Below are positions 7,986-8,042 of a stretch of DNA of 8,042 nucleotides, in pieces. The DNA is from Naegleria gruberi (taxonomy: Eukaryota): the NCBI GenBank assembly GCA_000004985.1, contig GG739096.1. One strand, 5' to 3'. The position numbers and the translations under genes were made by a program. Position 1 is the first letter of the stretch. Each line of letters starts with the position of its first letter. Below the pieces are notes generated by a model. That model did no database searches. It was given only the letters and a program-made list of their open reading frames with translations, and was not told the DNA's origin.

Positions 7986-8001
7986 CCTCCTTCCAAGGAG
8001 G
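7986..8001. repeat. Perfect 7-bp inverted repeat with 2-nt spacer (CCTCCTT CC AAGGAGG), starting 11 nt after the TGA stop of the 6847..7974 ORF; it could form a short RNA hairpin
   Basis: Base-by-base pairing was checked: 7986-7992 is complementary to 7995-8001. It is local GC-rich sequence in an otherwise AT-rich context. Confidence 0.5.
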
Positions 8002-8042
8002 AAGATTACAACAGTTTGGAAAAAGTGGCAAATCTCCCCAAA

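Noticed and set aside
1-8042. Prokaryotic-style features (CRISPR arrays, operons, rho-independent terminators, defence islands)
   Set aside because: Gene structure, start contexts, TATA elements, codon usage and protein families (steroid 5-alpha-reductase, BTB fold) are eukaryotic or yeast-like. There are no repeat-spacer arrays or Shine-Dalgarno-type spacing. The TTG 'start' of the recombinase ORF is an ORF-caller convention, not evidence of bacterial origin.

Overview
The window reads as eukaryotic DNA, most like a budding yeast. The reasons are moderate AT-richness, AGA/TTG/TTA/CAA codon preference, A at -3 before ATGs, TATA-like promoter elements, and no CTG codons in any supported reading frame. 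That last point is compatible with a CUG-Ser clade (Candida/Debaryomyces-like) genome, but this is inference only.

Positions 1174-5710 (4537 nt) are a single run of N, so 56 percent of the window is unreadable. The five giant 'ORFs' in the supplied track (824..5737, 1150..5724, 1160..5791, 1167..5717, 1171..5769) are N-to-X translation artifacts.

The readable sequence supports these features:
- A minus-strand gene (1..524) whose 5' part lies in the window and which continues past position 1. Its product has an Elongin C/Skp1-type BTB/POZ-fold segment (HDFIVKR...).
- A divergent promoter (525-823) containing a TATA box.
- The N-terminal 116 codons (824..1173) of a DET2/SRD5A-type steroid 5-alpha-reductase family membrane protein (APYGK motif), cut by the N-run.
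- After the N-run, an ORF (6075..6716) encoding a complete Cre/lambda-Int-type tyrosine-recombinase catalytic domain (R..K..HxxR..H..Y, with Tyr 9 residues after the second His). It has no ATG and no N-terminal core-binding domain.
- Immediately downstream on the same strand, a 375-aa Lys/Ser-rich, coiled-coil-like protein with a strongly basic Gly/Lys tail (6847..7974). It ends at a UGA-C stop, followed by a perfect 7-bp inverted repeat and stop-free sequence to the window end.

The most interesting hypothesis is that the tyrosine-recombinase fragment, possibly together with the neighbouring ORF and the hidden 4.5 kb, is a relic or member of a tyrosine-recombinase-encoding eukaryotic mobile element (Crypton- or DIRS/Ngaro-like), or a domesticated derivative. 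Such elements are not a standard feature of ascomycete yeast genomes. No prokaryotic features (CRISPR, operons, rho-independent terminators) are supported.
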